32,000 nt of DNA, from contig NZ_PGGB02000001.1 in NCBI RefSeq assembly GCF_002803295.2, positions 30,001-62,000 on the forward strand, written 5' to 3'. Within the stretch, counting starts at the first letter, position 1, and the number at the start of each line of letters is the position of its first letter. This document shows, piece after piece, positions 16,199 to 25,282 of the stretch. A model generated the notes under the pieces. It searched no databases, had not been told where the DNA came from, and saw only the letters and a list, made by a program, of their open reading frames with translations. Made by a program: the position numbers and the translations under genes. Source of the stretch: Caedibacter taeniospiralis (lineage in GTDB: Bacteria > Pseudomonadota > Gammaproteobacteria > Francisellales > Francisellaceae).

Positions 16199-16873
16199 TT
16201 ATGCGCGCTTCTCTAAGAATTCCCCTTTTAAAAAGCTTGACACATCCTCAACAAAATAATCGATTTCTGGGTGAGCAATAAAGCGTGCGTGTGCGGTGTC
16301 ATCGGCATTTACCAACACAGTTGTCATGCCCATTTGTTTTGCGGGGATAAGATTATGCGATGAGTCTTCAAAGAACACCGCCTGCCTTGGATCTATGCTC
16401 AAACGATCAAAACAATACTGGTAGGCTTCTGGATTGGGTTTTGGTACCAACCCAGTGCACTCTAGTGTGACGACATCGTGGATGATTTTATCCAGCGTAA
16501 GCTTAGACATGACTCGATTTGCATGATAAAGCGAGCCATTGGTAAAAATCGACAAATGCTTGCCTTTAAGCTTAAGCTCACTGAGCAAACCCAGAAGCTC
16601 ATCATTAAGCTGCAAACGTTCCAAGGGCACATTATCAACCACCGCCAAAAATTCATACGGATCGACCCCATGATGATGCATTAAACCGTGCATGGTCGTG
16701 CCAAAGCTGTGATAATATTCTTCGCGTAAAAATTCCGCTTCTTTTCTTGTCACCTTGAGTTTTTCAACGATAAAGTCAGACATATTACTTAATTGCAGGT
16801 CAAAAAACGTGGAACTCGCCGAATAAAGCGTATTATCCAAATCAAAAACAAAGTGTTTAAAGTTCAAGTTCAT
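16199..16873 (-). CDS. HAD-superfamily hydrolase (pyrimidine 5'-nucleotidase-like)
   Basis: HAD motif I is FVFDLDNTLY, motif II region is IFTNGS, and motif IV region is FFEDSSHNL..AKQMGMTTVLV. The overall look is of the Sdt1/pyrimidine-nucleotidase subfamily. Confidence 0.8.
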   Translation of the reverse strand: MNLNFKHFVFDLDNTLYSASSTFFDLQLSNMSDFIVEKLKVTRKEAEFLREEYYHSFGTTMHGLMHHHGVDPYEFLAVVDNVPLERLQLNDELLGLLSELKLKGKHLSIFTNGSLYHANRVMSKLTLDKIIHDVVTLECTGLVPKPNPEAYQYCFDRLSIDPRQAVFFEDSSHNLIPAKQMGMTTVLVNADDTAHARFIAHPEIDYFVEDVSSFLKGEFLEKRA

Positions 16874-17041
16874 AAAATAGCATCTTATTTGATTATGCCC
16901 CTAGATTAGAGGGTTTAGCCATTATTTAAAAGCGCTTTTATCTGTACATGCAGAAAAAATTTGCAGGATGTGCTGTTTGAAGCATCACTTTTCTTGAGAT
17001 CTTGGCACGGGCTTGCTGGCTGGTGAAAGCACATTAAGACC

Positions 17042-17887
17042 TTATTTCAATTGTTTAAGCTCGCCCACACTTAAGCCAGTTGCTGCGGATATTTGCTCAT
17101 CCGTAAGACCCAATTGTTTTAAATTCTTCGCTACCTCAAATTTGCCCTTGACAATTCCTTCCGCTCTAGCCTCTGCTTTGGCAATCTCCATATTATTCAC
17201 ATAAGCATAATGCTCATCCTCGATTTTCTCATATGCCAAAAGTTCTTCTTCTGTCCAGTTAAATGACTTCATTTCATCTAAGGCTTCGTGAATCGTTACC
17301 TCTTGCATAAGGTGACTGGGGAAATGCTCGCCTTCTTCGGCATGTTTGAAAAAGTAAATCCATTTATCCAGAATGCTGGTGAGCTCATCCGCGGACTTAT
17401 GGAATTTGTCCAGCTCGATAAAGGTATAACTAAAATCTTTAAGATAATTCTTATGGGTGGTTTGCTCAAGCATCACATGATAGGAAATATAGTGATTATG
17501 TTCTGGCAGAATGGTTTTGTTACAGATCGCGAGGAAAACCACTTCTTTCAAATCTTTATACTCGAGCTTTTTGACACGCTGCCCAATATAGGCACGTGAG
17601 GCATAGTACTGTGCGCGCTTGAGATACTCCAGAGTCGAAACCACCTGCATTTCGATGATAAATTTGTTGCCATTTTGATCCTGGCACATCACATCGACGA
17701 TGCTTATGCGCTGTTCATGCACCTCAGGCAAGTAAATGGTGGGCAGAAACTCTACGCTTTCAATGCGGCTCGCGCGAGCCAGCACGTCATTTAAAAAATG
17801 AATCAGGATGCCCTTGTTTTTCTCGGTGCCAAATAAGCGCCTAAAGGCAATATCGTTCTTAGGATCTAAATATTTCTGGATGGGCAT
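17042..17887 (-). CDS. PD-(D/E)XK nuclease family protein (PDDEXK_2 / Rpn-type putative transposase)
   Basis: MPIQKYLDPKNDIAFRRLFG...ILIHFLNDVL...ISIVDVMCQDQNGNKFIIEMQV is the characteristic N-terminal nuclease core of this family. The C-terminus has an HTH-like tail (LKQLGLTDEQISAATGLSVGELKQL). The ATG at 17885-17887 has AAGG 9 nt upstream. Confidence 0.8.
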   Translation of the reverse strand: MPIQKYLDPKNDIAFRRLFGTEKNKGILIHFLNDVLARASRIESVEFLPTIYLPEVHEQRISIVDVMCQDQNGNKFIIEMQVVSTLEYLKRAQYYASRAYIGQRVKKLEYKDLKEVVFLAICNKTILPEHNHYISYHVMLEQTTHKNYLKDFSYTFIELDKFHKSADELTSILDKWIYFFKHAEEGEHFPSHLMQEVTIHEALDEMKSFNWTEEELLAYEKIEDEHYAYVNNMEIAKAEARAEGIVKGKFEVAKNLKQLGLTDEQISAATGLSVGELKQLK

Positions 17888-17916
17888 GATCAACTACCTT
17901 GGTTAAAACTGTGCGG

Positions 17917-17944
17917 ATTATAACATTACCCGATTGCCATGCAA
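17917..17944 (-). promoter_or_regulatory. Near-consensus sigma70 promoter for the PDDEXK_2 gene
   Basis: The minus strand reads TTGCAT-N16-TATAAT (the -35 is the complement of 17939-17944; the -10 is the complement of 17917-17922). The -10 lies about 30 nt upstream of the ATG. Confidence 0.45.
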
Positions 17945-18168
17945 TTCCCCATCTTTAAGATACCTTTAGGCTGGTGGCTCTTCATAACTGTCAAACCACT
18001 CATCAAGATCAGAGTCTTTCTGTGACATGGTTTTATATTCAGCTGCAAAATCAATACTCCAAACTCAGCAAGAGCTTCCCGCAACCGTTATTGCGCTGCT
18101 TTTGCAAAGCCTGGCAGTTGTCAAACTATCAATAGTTTCGATATGCCCGCGATAAATTACTTTCGGCA

Positions 18169-18220
18169 GTTTCTTTTTTCCCGAAAAAAGAAACCAAAAA
18201 GCTTGTCCTACAAGCTTTTT
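18169..18220. terminator. Two abutting perfect 11-bp A/T-flanked hairpins (possible bidirectional terminator)
   Basis: GTTTCTTTTTT-cccg-AAAAAAGAAAC spans 18169-18194 and AAAAAGCTTGT-cct-ACAAGCTTTTT spans 18196-18220. The second is flanked by an A-run and a T-run, so it reads as a hairpin plus U-tract on either strand. No annotated gene ends here. Confidence 0.3.
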
Positions 18221-18433
18221 AACGCCAGTAAAATGGAATTTTTGCAAACTCGTGCATATCACTCAAACATACAAAAATCTACTCCATTTTCCTTGGCTAA
18301 AAACTTTAATGGGCAAGTAAGCTACCCATCCCTCAGAACCTGGTGTAACCATAAGCCTCAGATGCTCTGTGCGCATGGAAAGTTTTAGGCGCTTTGGGTG
18401 CAAGAAGGTTTTTAACTGTTTGAGTGAAACGAG

Positions 18434-18469
18434 TTTTAACCTGACCACTTTCAAGTGGTCAGGTTAAAA
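18434..18469. repeat. Perfect 17-bp-stem palindrome sharing the CCTGACCACT module with the nuoF-nuoG repeat
   Basis: TTTTAACCTGACCACTT-tc-AAGTGGTCAGGTTAAAA. The core CCTGACCACT/AGTGGTCAGG is also found at 28809-28832. Confidence 0.55.
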
Positions 18470-18729
18470 ACCGCGCCCAAATCACCGTTTAAAAACTTTC
18501 TGCGCTGGATTTCTCACCCCTCTGCCATACGCAGAGGTTATAGCATTAAATACCAGGCTAGGCTGCTGCAATGTCGGTATTACTTAAGGATAGCTGGACA
18601 ACACAAAACGCCTTTGAGAGGCTTGAGTCGTGTGACGGGAAACTCTCGTGCACGGTTCTTAGGAAAGTGATCGCCAGCAATGACCATTGCTTATCATTTT
18701 CCAAGCACATCTCGCCCTCTTCTAGACGG

Positions 18730-20172
18730 CTAAAACAACCCATAAACAGGGACAATAAGAGCTACCAACAGTGTAGGGAATAGACCAAGAAGTAGAATAA
18801 GACCTGCGTTAATGCTCAGACCAAACAGCGTCACTTTGTTGGCATAGACTGGGGTTTGGTTTTTGGGCGGATCAAAGTACATCGATTTGATTACGCGCAA
18901 ATAGTAGTAACAGGCAATCGCGGACATGACCAAAGCATAAATCGCCAGACCAATATTGTCTGTATCAACTAAGCCCATAATAACAAATAGTTTGGCGGTA
19001 AACCCTGATAATGGCGGGATTCCTGCCATCGAAAACATCACGATCAACATCAGAAAAGCAACCCATGGGTTGCGACGATTAAGACCTGCAAAATCCGCCA
19101 AATGTTCAACCTCATTACCCTTGACGCTTAACACGATCAGCACACCAAAAGCCGCAGCCGAGGTAAGCACATAGATCACGATGTAGAATAATGCGGTAGA
19201 AACAGCAAAAGCATCTGGCTTCAGCACCAGTGCCAATAGTACAAAACCAATATGGGAAATCGTTGAATAGCCCAGCATCCGTTTGACATTTTTCTGCGCT
19301 AACGCCAGTAAATTACCTAAGAAAATCGAAAGAACTGCCAGCACCGTCAATACTTTCGTCCACGCAAACACTTGAGCTGGCATGCCAATCATTAAAATAT
19401 TTACCAACATTGCAAAGGCTGCCACTTTGGGTACTGAGGCTAAAAATGCCGTCACTGCATTTGGTGATCCCTCATACACATCAGGCACCCACATATGAAA
19501 TGGTACAGCTCCTAGTTTAAAGGTGGCGGTGGCAATCATCAGCACCATTGCAATAAGCACAATTTTTGAATGCACTTCATCAGGTGTTGCTAAAAATTTA
19601 CCAATCTCTGAAAGATCCAGACTGCCTGTCACCCCATAAATAAACGACATGCCATAAAGAAGGAGACCTGACGCAATCGCCCCTAATACAAAGTACTTGA
19701 TCGCAGCTTCCGCACCTATGGCAAAGCCTCGACGAATTGCCAAAAGCGCATATAGAGGCAAAGATAAAAGCTCTAAGCCAATGTAGATGGTGAGTAGACT
19801 ATGTGCTGAAGTCAATACTATCGCGCCTAAGATAGACAACAGGGCTAACACATAAAACTCACCTTGCGGCAACTGCCTATCCTCGATGTATTCCTTACAA
19901 TATATAAAGACAAAAAATGCCACAAGAACGATAACTTCCTGCAAAACAAAGGTTAATTCATTCGATAAGGTTTGCCCTTCAAAACCGACATGGACGTGCG
20001 TGAGCAGCGATTTCAATAAGATCCAGGCAGCAATGATCAAAGAAATCTGCGTCAAGATATAGGCGATATTCTTAATTTTCTTACCCAGGAATAAATCTGC
20101 AAGCATTACAACCAATGCTGCAGCACCCAAAGTGATTTCAGGAAATATCGTTGAAATATTCATTAATATCAT
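18730..20172 (-). CDS. nuoN: NADH-quinone oxidoreductase subunit N
   Basis: 480-aa polytopic ND2-family antiporter-like subunit. It is the last gene of the collinear nuo operon. Confidence 0.93.
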   Translation of the reverse strand: MILMNISTIFPEITLGAAALVVMLADLFLGKKIKNIAYILTQISLIIAAWILLKSLLTHVHVGFEGQTLSNELTFVLQEVIVLVAFFVFIYCKEYIEDRQLPQGEFYVLALLSILGAIVLTSAHSLLTIYIGLELLSLPLYALLAIRRGFAIGAEAAIKYFVLGAIASGLLLYGMSFIYGVTGSLDLSEIGKFLATPDEVHSKIVLIAMVLMIATATFKLGAVPFHMWVPDVYEGSPNAVTAFLASVPKVAAFAMLVNILMIGMPAQVFAWTKVLTVLAVLSIFLGNLLALAQKNVKRMLGYSTISHIGFVLLALVLKPDAFAVSTALFYIVIYVLTSAAAFGVLIVLSVKGNEVEHLADFAGLNRRNPWVAFLMLIVMFSMAGIPPLSGFTAKLFVIMGLVDTDNIGLAIYALVMSAIACYYYLRVIKSMYFDPPKNQTPVYANKVTLFGLSINAGLILLLGLFPTLLVALIVPVYGLF

Positions 20173-20178
20173 TTGTCG

Positions 20179-21792
20179 TTACCCTATTGCCACGGCATGT
20201 GCCGCCTGTATGATGTGTGTTGAGGCCGCTGAAGATAATTGTAAAATTAGTTCTGGATAAACCCCAAACCAGATCGTTGGAATCGCCAATAACACTAACA
20301 CAAAAACTTCCAGTCCTGCAATGTCCTTTAAATTGGCAACCTGAGTTGTCACAATTTTACCGAAAAATACACGCTTATACATCCAAAGGGTATAGGCTGG
20401 AGCAATAATCATTGTCAGCCCGGCAATTAAGGCTACCCAAATCGAATATTTAAACACGGCTAAAATAATCAGGAACTCCCCGACAAAACCACTGGTTCCT
20501 GGTAAGCCTACATTTGCCAAGCAGAACAACATGAAAAAGCTTGCAAAGACTGGCATGGATCGTGCCACTCCTTGAAAATCCGCGATATTGCGTGTGTGCA
20601 TTCTCAGATATAAATAGCCACAACCGATAAACATACCACCCGCTGAAAACGCATGAGCTATCATCTGAAACATTGCACCCTGAATCGCAAGCTGTGCATC
20701 TGCCATTCCCAACACAGGATCTGGATTATGCTCTACCAATAAAAAAATCGAAAACATTGCCAAGGTTACCAATCCCATATGTGAGATGGATGAGTAGGCA
20801 ATCAGACGTTTAAAGTCAGTTTGGGCGATAGCAACAATGCCAACATAGACGATGGCAATAAGCGATATACCGATTAAAAACCAGTCTAACAACGCGGTAA
20901 TGCTTGGAATCAATGGCAATACAAAGCGCAGGAAACCATAAGCACCAAGTTTAAGCATCAATGCCGCAAGAACCACCGAACCCCCAGCAGGCGCTTCAGA
21001 GTGCGCATCTGGCAACCAGGAATGCAATGGCCACATCGGGATTTTCACCGCAAAGGCTAAGAAAAATGCGCCAAATAAAAGCCACTGAGCCGTTAAGGTA
21101 ACATTCACTAACTGCCCCATATTGTTGACTTGTGTCGCCCAGAAAATAAAGTTCTGAATTGAGAAAGTCCCGCTGTCAACCAAACTGCTACCAGGCAATG
21201 CCGCGACTTGCTGTTGAATATACAAAAAAGCGAGAAGCAGAAAAATTGAGCCTGAAAAAGTGTACAGGAAATATTTAATCGCCGCATAGGCTTTTTGCTT
21301 GCCTCCCCAGATACCGATACCTAAGGTTGTCGGAATCAGTAACGCTTCCCAGAAAATATAAAAGAGCATTGTATCCTGTGCCATAAATACCGCATTGGTG
21401 AGTCCTGTGGTAATCAGGAAGATCGCCATATATTGTCTTAATCTCACTGTGATACTACGCCATGCAGCAAGGATGATCACGATGTTGGTAAAACTTGTTA
21501 AGATAATGAATAAAACGGAAAAACCATCCACACCTAAGTAATAATATACGGCATCATTATTAGCAAACAAGCTAAACCAGCGCACACGTTCGACAAACTG
21601 CATGCTGGCACTGGTTGGGTCAAACCCAAGGTATAAAGGTATGCAAAGGAGCAGAGTTAAAACGGCAACGGCTAATGCGCTCCAGCGCGCAGCTTCCTTT
21701 TTGCCATCAGGAGACTTGGCAGCCAACACGATAAGACCACCAATAATCGGCACCCATATTAACAAACTCAATAAGTAGTTGGTTATAAACAT
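20179..21792 (-). CDS. nuoM: NADH-quinone oxidoreductase subunit M
   Basis: 537-aa ND4-family subunit (..HSWLPDAHSEAPAGGSVVLAALMLKLGAYG..). It sits between nuoL and nuoN. Confidence 0.93.
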   Translation of the reverse strand: MFITNYLLSLLIWVPIIGGLIVLAAKSPDGKKEAARWSALAVAVLTLLLCIPLYLGFDPTSASMQFVERVRWFSLFANNDAVYYYLGVDGFSVLFIILTSFTNIVIILAAWRSITVRLRQYMAIFLITTGLTNAVFMAQDTMLFYIFWEALLIPTTLGIGIWGGKQKAYAAIKYFLYTFSGSIFLLLAFLYIQQQVAALPGSSLVDSGTFSIQNFIFWATQVNNMGQLVNVTLTAQWLLFGAFFLAFAVKIPMWPLHSWLPDAHSEAPAGGSVVLAALMLKLGAYGFLRFVLPLIPSITALLDWFLIGISLIAIVYVGIVAIAQTDFKRLIAYSSISHMGLVTLAMFSIFLLVEHNPDPVLGMADAQLAIQGAMFQMIAHAFSAGGMFIGCGYLYLRMHTRNIADFQGVARSMPVFASFFMLFCLANVGLPGTSGFVGEFLIILAVFKYSIWVALIAGLTMIIAPAYTLWMYKRVFFGKIVTTQVANLKDIAGLEVFVLVLLAIPTIWFGVYPELILQLSSAASTHIIQAAHAVAIG

Positions 21793-21818
21793 AATATTAA
21801 TCTTCCTTTAAACCCGCC

Positions 21819-23828
21819 TCAATTCACCCAAAAGATGAGCCATGTGATCAGCGCCACCACACCAATAAGCATTACCAATGCGTAATCAAATAAATAACCG
21901 CGTTGCATGCGCGTCATCTTTCTTCCTGCAAAATAAATCAAGTCCGCACTACCTTGAACTGCGGTCTTATCAATCATAAAGATATCAACCACAATCCATA
22001 AGAACTTACTCAACAAAATGACACCCTTGACAAAAATCAAATTATAAAGCCCATCGATGAAATATTTTTTCACTAGGATGTAGTGCAGAATTCCAACGCC
22101 TGAACGCACATTAGCCAACGTTTTGGGGATGCTTGGGATAAGCACATAAAAAATATAAGCCAGAATCAATGCGCCAATTGCCAACCAAAACGGCACGGTC
22201 TGTACCGAATGCGCAATGTAATCCCATGGCGTTTTTGTTGCAGCTTCTTGTGCCAGGCTTGCAACAATCGTCATATTGCCTAAAGCAGGTTGGGAATATT
22301 GCGCAATTGTGTTACCAAAGAAACCGTTAGCATTAGCCAAATTTGGCGTTAATGCTGATTCAAAAAATAACATTCCCGCAAATATTGATGGAATCGCCAA
22401 TAGAATCAGCGGCAGCAAAATAGTCCATGGAGATTCTTTAGTATGCGTTTTCGTATGCGTATCCATTCTTGGTTGACCGTGAAAGGTCATAAAAATCATT
22501 CTAAAGATGTAGAATGAGGTCACAAAAGCACAGGCCAATACAAGATAATAGGCAAATTCATGCCCGGGCAGGGTAGTTTCTGCAACGGCTTCAATGATTA
22601 AATCCTTGGAGAAAAAACCTGAAAATGGGGGTATTGCCGCCAGTGCCCAACCACCAATAATCATACAGATATAGGTAATCGGCATGTATTTTCTTAAGCC
22701 ACCCATCTTGCGCATATCCTGTTCATGGTGGAGGGCTACGATGACTGAGCCTGCCGCCAGAAATAGAAGCGCCTTAAACATCGCGTGCGTCATTAAATGG
22801 AACATGCCAATTGAGAATCCTGACGCCCCTTGTGCCACCATCATATAACCCAATTGCGATAGGGTACAATAAGCGATCACACGTTTAATATCCATCTGGA
22901 CAATCGCGACAAGCCCCATAAACAAACAGGTGATCGCCCCAATAATCATCACAAAACTAAGTGCTGCTGCTGAATGCACAAACATCGGAGATAAGCGCGC
23001 CACCATAAACACCCCAGCAGTTACCATGGTCGCCGCGTGAATCAAGGCGGATATGGGAGTTGGACCTTCCATTGAACCTTCTAGCCAGGTATGTAATGGA
23101 AACTGTGCCGATTTACCCATCGCCCCAATAAACAATAAGACACACATCAAGGTAATCGGACTAAACTCCATACCTAAAAAGGAGATCATCCGAGTGTTAT
23201 CCAGATTAGTCACCTCTGTAAATACAGTACTGTAATCCATCGAATTGCAATAATAAATTACCGCGGCAATACCCAACAAAAATCCAAGATCACCAACGCG
23301 ATTCACAATAAAAGCACGTAAACTCGCCTCATTGGCAGAATCTTTGTCAAAGTAAAACCCGATCAATAAATAGGAAAAAAGTCCAACGCCCTCCCAGCCA
23401 AAGAATAACAATAGGAAGTTATTGCCCATAATGAGGCATAGCATCGCAAAAGTAAAGCCAGAAATATAGGCAAAAAAGCGCGCATAACCTGCCTCACCCT
23501 TCATGTATCCAATGGAATAGATATGCACAAGAGCCGATACAAAGGTCACGATCAACATCATAAATACAGACAACTTATCAACGGTGAAGCTCACTTTCAT
23601 ACCTAAGCTTGGGAATAATGCCCAGTTAAAGTAAGTCGCCGTATAAACTTCATTATTCAGATATACGCCTAGTGCCAATACCAGACTTAATACGAAGGAT
23701 AAAATGACAAGACCTGTGGTAATACAACTAACACCTGTCAATTGCACTTTTTTCGAGAAAAATCCCGCTACAATCGAGCCAAGGGCAGGAGCTAGGATAA
23801 GCATCGCAATAATAAAATCAATTCCCAT
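21819..23828 (-). CDS. nuoL: NADH-quinone oxidoreductase subunit L
   Basis: 669-aa ND5-family subunit (..FPLHTWLEGSMEGPTPISALIHAATMVTAGV..) with a long C-terminal extension typical of NuoL. Confidence 0.93.
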   Translation of the reverse strand: MGIDFIIAMLILAPALGSIVAGFFSKKVQLTGVSCITTGLVILSFVLSLVLALGVYLNNEVYTATYFNWALFPSLGMKVSFTVDKLSVFMMLIVTFVSALVHIYSIGYMKGEAGYARFFAYISGFTFAMLCLIMGNNFLLLFFGWEGVGLFSYLLIGFYFDKDSANEASLRAFIVNRVGDLGFLLGIAAVIYYCNSMDYSTVFTEVTNLDNTRMISFLGMEFSPITLMCVLLFIGAMGKSAQFPLHTWLEGSMEGPTPISALIHAATMVTAGVFMVARLSPMFVHSAAALSFVMIIGAITCLFMGLVAIVQMDIKRVIAYCTLSQLGYMMVAQGASGFSIGMFHLMTHAMFKALLFLAAGSVIVALHHEQDMRKMGGLRKYMPITYICMIIGGWALAAIPPFSGFFSKDLIIEAVAETTLPGHEFAYYLVLACAFVTSFYIFRMIFMTFHGQPRMDTHTKTHTKESPWTILLPLILLAIPSIFAGMLFFESALTPNLANANGFFGNTIAQYSQPALGNMTIVASLAQEAATKTPWDYIAHSVQTVPFWLAIGALILAYIFYVLIPSIPKTLANVRSGVGILHYILVKKYFIDGLYNLIFVKGVILLSKFLWIVVDIFMIDKTAVQGSADLIYFAGRKMTRMQRGYLFDYALVMLIGVVALITWLIFWVN

Positions 23829-23832
23829 CGTC

Positions 23833-24150
23833 TTAGCCTTTTAGTGTATTAAGTTGACTGACATCGATTGTTTTACGTGTCCTAAAAAGTACGACAACAA
23901 TCGCAAGCCCTATTGCCGCTTCAGCCGCAGCTACTGTTAAAATAAAGAACACAAATACATCGCCTGTGCTTTGCGCAAGCATACTCGAAAAGGCGATAAA
24001 GTTAGTATTAACTGCAAGTAGCATGAGTTCAATGGACATCAGTAAAATCAGCAAGTTACGACGATTAATGATAATACCAGCAATGCTCAATGAAAAAATA
24101 ATCGCACTGAAAATTAAATAATGAGTAACAGGTATGGGAATACTAGTCAT
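23833..24150 (-). CDS. nuoK: NADH-quinone oxidoreductase subunit K
   Basis: 105-aa, three-span ND4L-like protein (..[16 protein letters not shown]..). Its ATG overlaps the nuoJ stop (ATGA). Confidence 0.92.
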   Translation of the reverse strand: MTSIPIPVTHYLIFSAIIFSLSIAGIIINRRNLLILLMSIELMLLAVNTNFIAFSSMLAQSTGDVFVFFILTVAAAEAAIGLAIVVVLFRTRKTIDVSQLNTLKG

Positions 24151-24773
24151 TTAGGCTCTCCCTGATCAGATTTCTGTTGTGCTTCTTTTGCGCTTTTTTC
24201 TACTTTCATTTTAACCATGCTCAAGCGATCTTTGGCTTGCGTTTTAATCTGTACGCTTGGATTAATCGATTTATTGCCTGGCTTTTTACCACGAAAGGTC
24301 AGCGTGATTGCTGCCACCATTGCTGCCAACAGAATCATGCCCGCAAGCTCAAAGGCATAAAGATATTTATTTGAAAACATCTCAGCTCCCAGACTCTCAA
24401 CTGTGCCTAAGCCTCCTGTCATCGTTTTATCTGCAAACGTATGACTCACAACGATTGAAATCAATAATGCAAGGCAAGCACACAGTAAAATGACGATCGG
24501 CCAGTAAAGCACCCATTTTTTCTGTTTGATGACAATATTGATATCCAGCATCATCACCACAAACAGGAACATCACCAATACCGCACCGACATAAACCACG
24601 ATCAAAAGTAGTGCCAGGTACTCCTGTTGCATCGTCAGCCATACGCCCGCGGCTGCAAAGAAAGTAAAAACTTTCGCGATAACGGCGCGCACTGGATTTT
24701 TGGCACTGATGACCAACAGCGCCCCTAAAACAGTCAGCCCTGCAAATACATAAAAGATAATATTAACACTCAT
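24147..24773 (-). CDS. nuoJ: NADH-quinone oxidoreductase subunit J
   Basis: 208-aa ND6-like membrane protein at the expected operon position. It has a charged C-terminal tail. Confidence 0.9.
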   Translation of the reverse strand: MSVNIIFYVFAGLTVLGALLVISAKNPVRAVIAKVFTFFAAAGVWLTMQQEYLALLLIVVYVGAVLVMFLFVVMMLDINIVIKQKKWVLYWPIVILLCACLALLISIVVSHTFADKTMTGGLGTVESLGAEMFSNKYLYAFELAGMILLAAMVAAITLTFRGKKPGNKSINPSVQIKTQAKDRLSMVKMKVEKSAKEAQQKSDQGEPK

Positions 24774-24779
24774 CTGTTC

Positions 24780-25271
24780 CTACCTAAATGCCTTATCTGC
24801 TTCACGATCCTGGGCAATTTCTTTTTCATATTTATCCCCTATTGCCAGGAGTTTTGCCTTGGTCAAAATATTTTCACCACGATTTTCAAAATGATATTCA
24901 AACACGCGTGTCTCAACGATCGAATCCACAGGACATGACTCCTCACAAAAGCCACAAAAGATGCACTTAAACAAATCAATTTCATATTTTGTTGTGCGCC
25001 TTGAGCCATCTTCGCGTGGTTCAGCTTCAATGGTAATTGCGAGCGCGGGGCACACCACCTCACACAATTTGCAGGCAATGCAGCGCTCCTCACCATTTTC
25101 ATAGCGTCTTAAAGCATGCAGACCGCGAAACCTGCCTGATTGCGGGGTCTTCTCATCTGGATATTGTACCGTTACTTTACGGGTAAAAAAGTGCTTCCCC
25201 GTAATCTTAAGACCCTTTAGCAGCTCCCATAGCAAAAAGGTCTGACAATAGCGTTTGATCGCTTTAAACAT
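24780..25271 (-). CDS. nuoI: NADH-quinone oxidoreductase subunit I
   Basis: Two 4Fe-4S ferredoxin motifs are present, [12 protein letters not shown] and [13 protein letters not shown] prefer the ATG at 25269-25271 (MFKAIKRY...). The ORF-track TTG start at 25292 would overlap nuoH. Confidence 0.92.
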   Translation of the reverse strand: MFKAIKRYCQTFLLWELLKGLKITGKHFFTRKVTVQYPDEKTPQSGRFRGLHALRRYENGEERCIACKLCEVVCPALAITIEAEPREDGSRRTTKYEIDLFKCIFCGFCEESCPVDSIVETRVFEYHFENRGENILTKAKLLAIGDKYEKEIAQDREADKAFR

Positions 25272-25282
25272 TAATAAATCTC

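Noticed and set aside
17966-18028. 20-codon acidic minus-strand ORF (MSQKDSDLDEWFDSYEEPPA*)
   Set aside because: There is no Shine-Dalgarno upstream (AAAACC precedes the ATG), it is very short, and I recognise no family. An ORF of this length could arise by chance.
17894-18729. tRNA, tmRNA, RNase P, 6S or SRP RNA in the ORF-free region
   Set aside because: I could not find a T-loop GTTCRANYC motif, a tmRNA GGGGCTGAT.. 5' end with a ..CCACCA 3' end, or the SRP GGAA/AGCA motif context. That said, visual inspection is weak evidence, so a covariance-model scan is recommended.
18065-18783. Six ORF-track entries (63-81 aa) in the region downstream of nuoN
   Set aside because: They overlap one another on both strands, are rich in Arg/Ser/Leu/Lys, lack ribosome-binding sites and show no motif. 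One overlaps the nuoN 3' end. I treat the region as non-coding or decayed.
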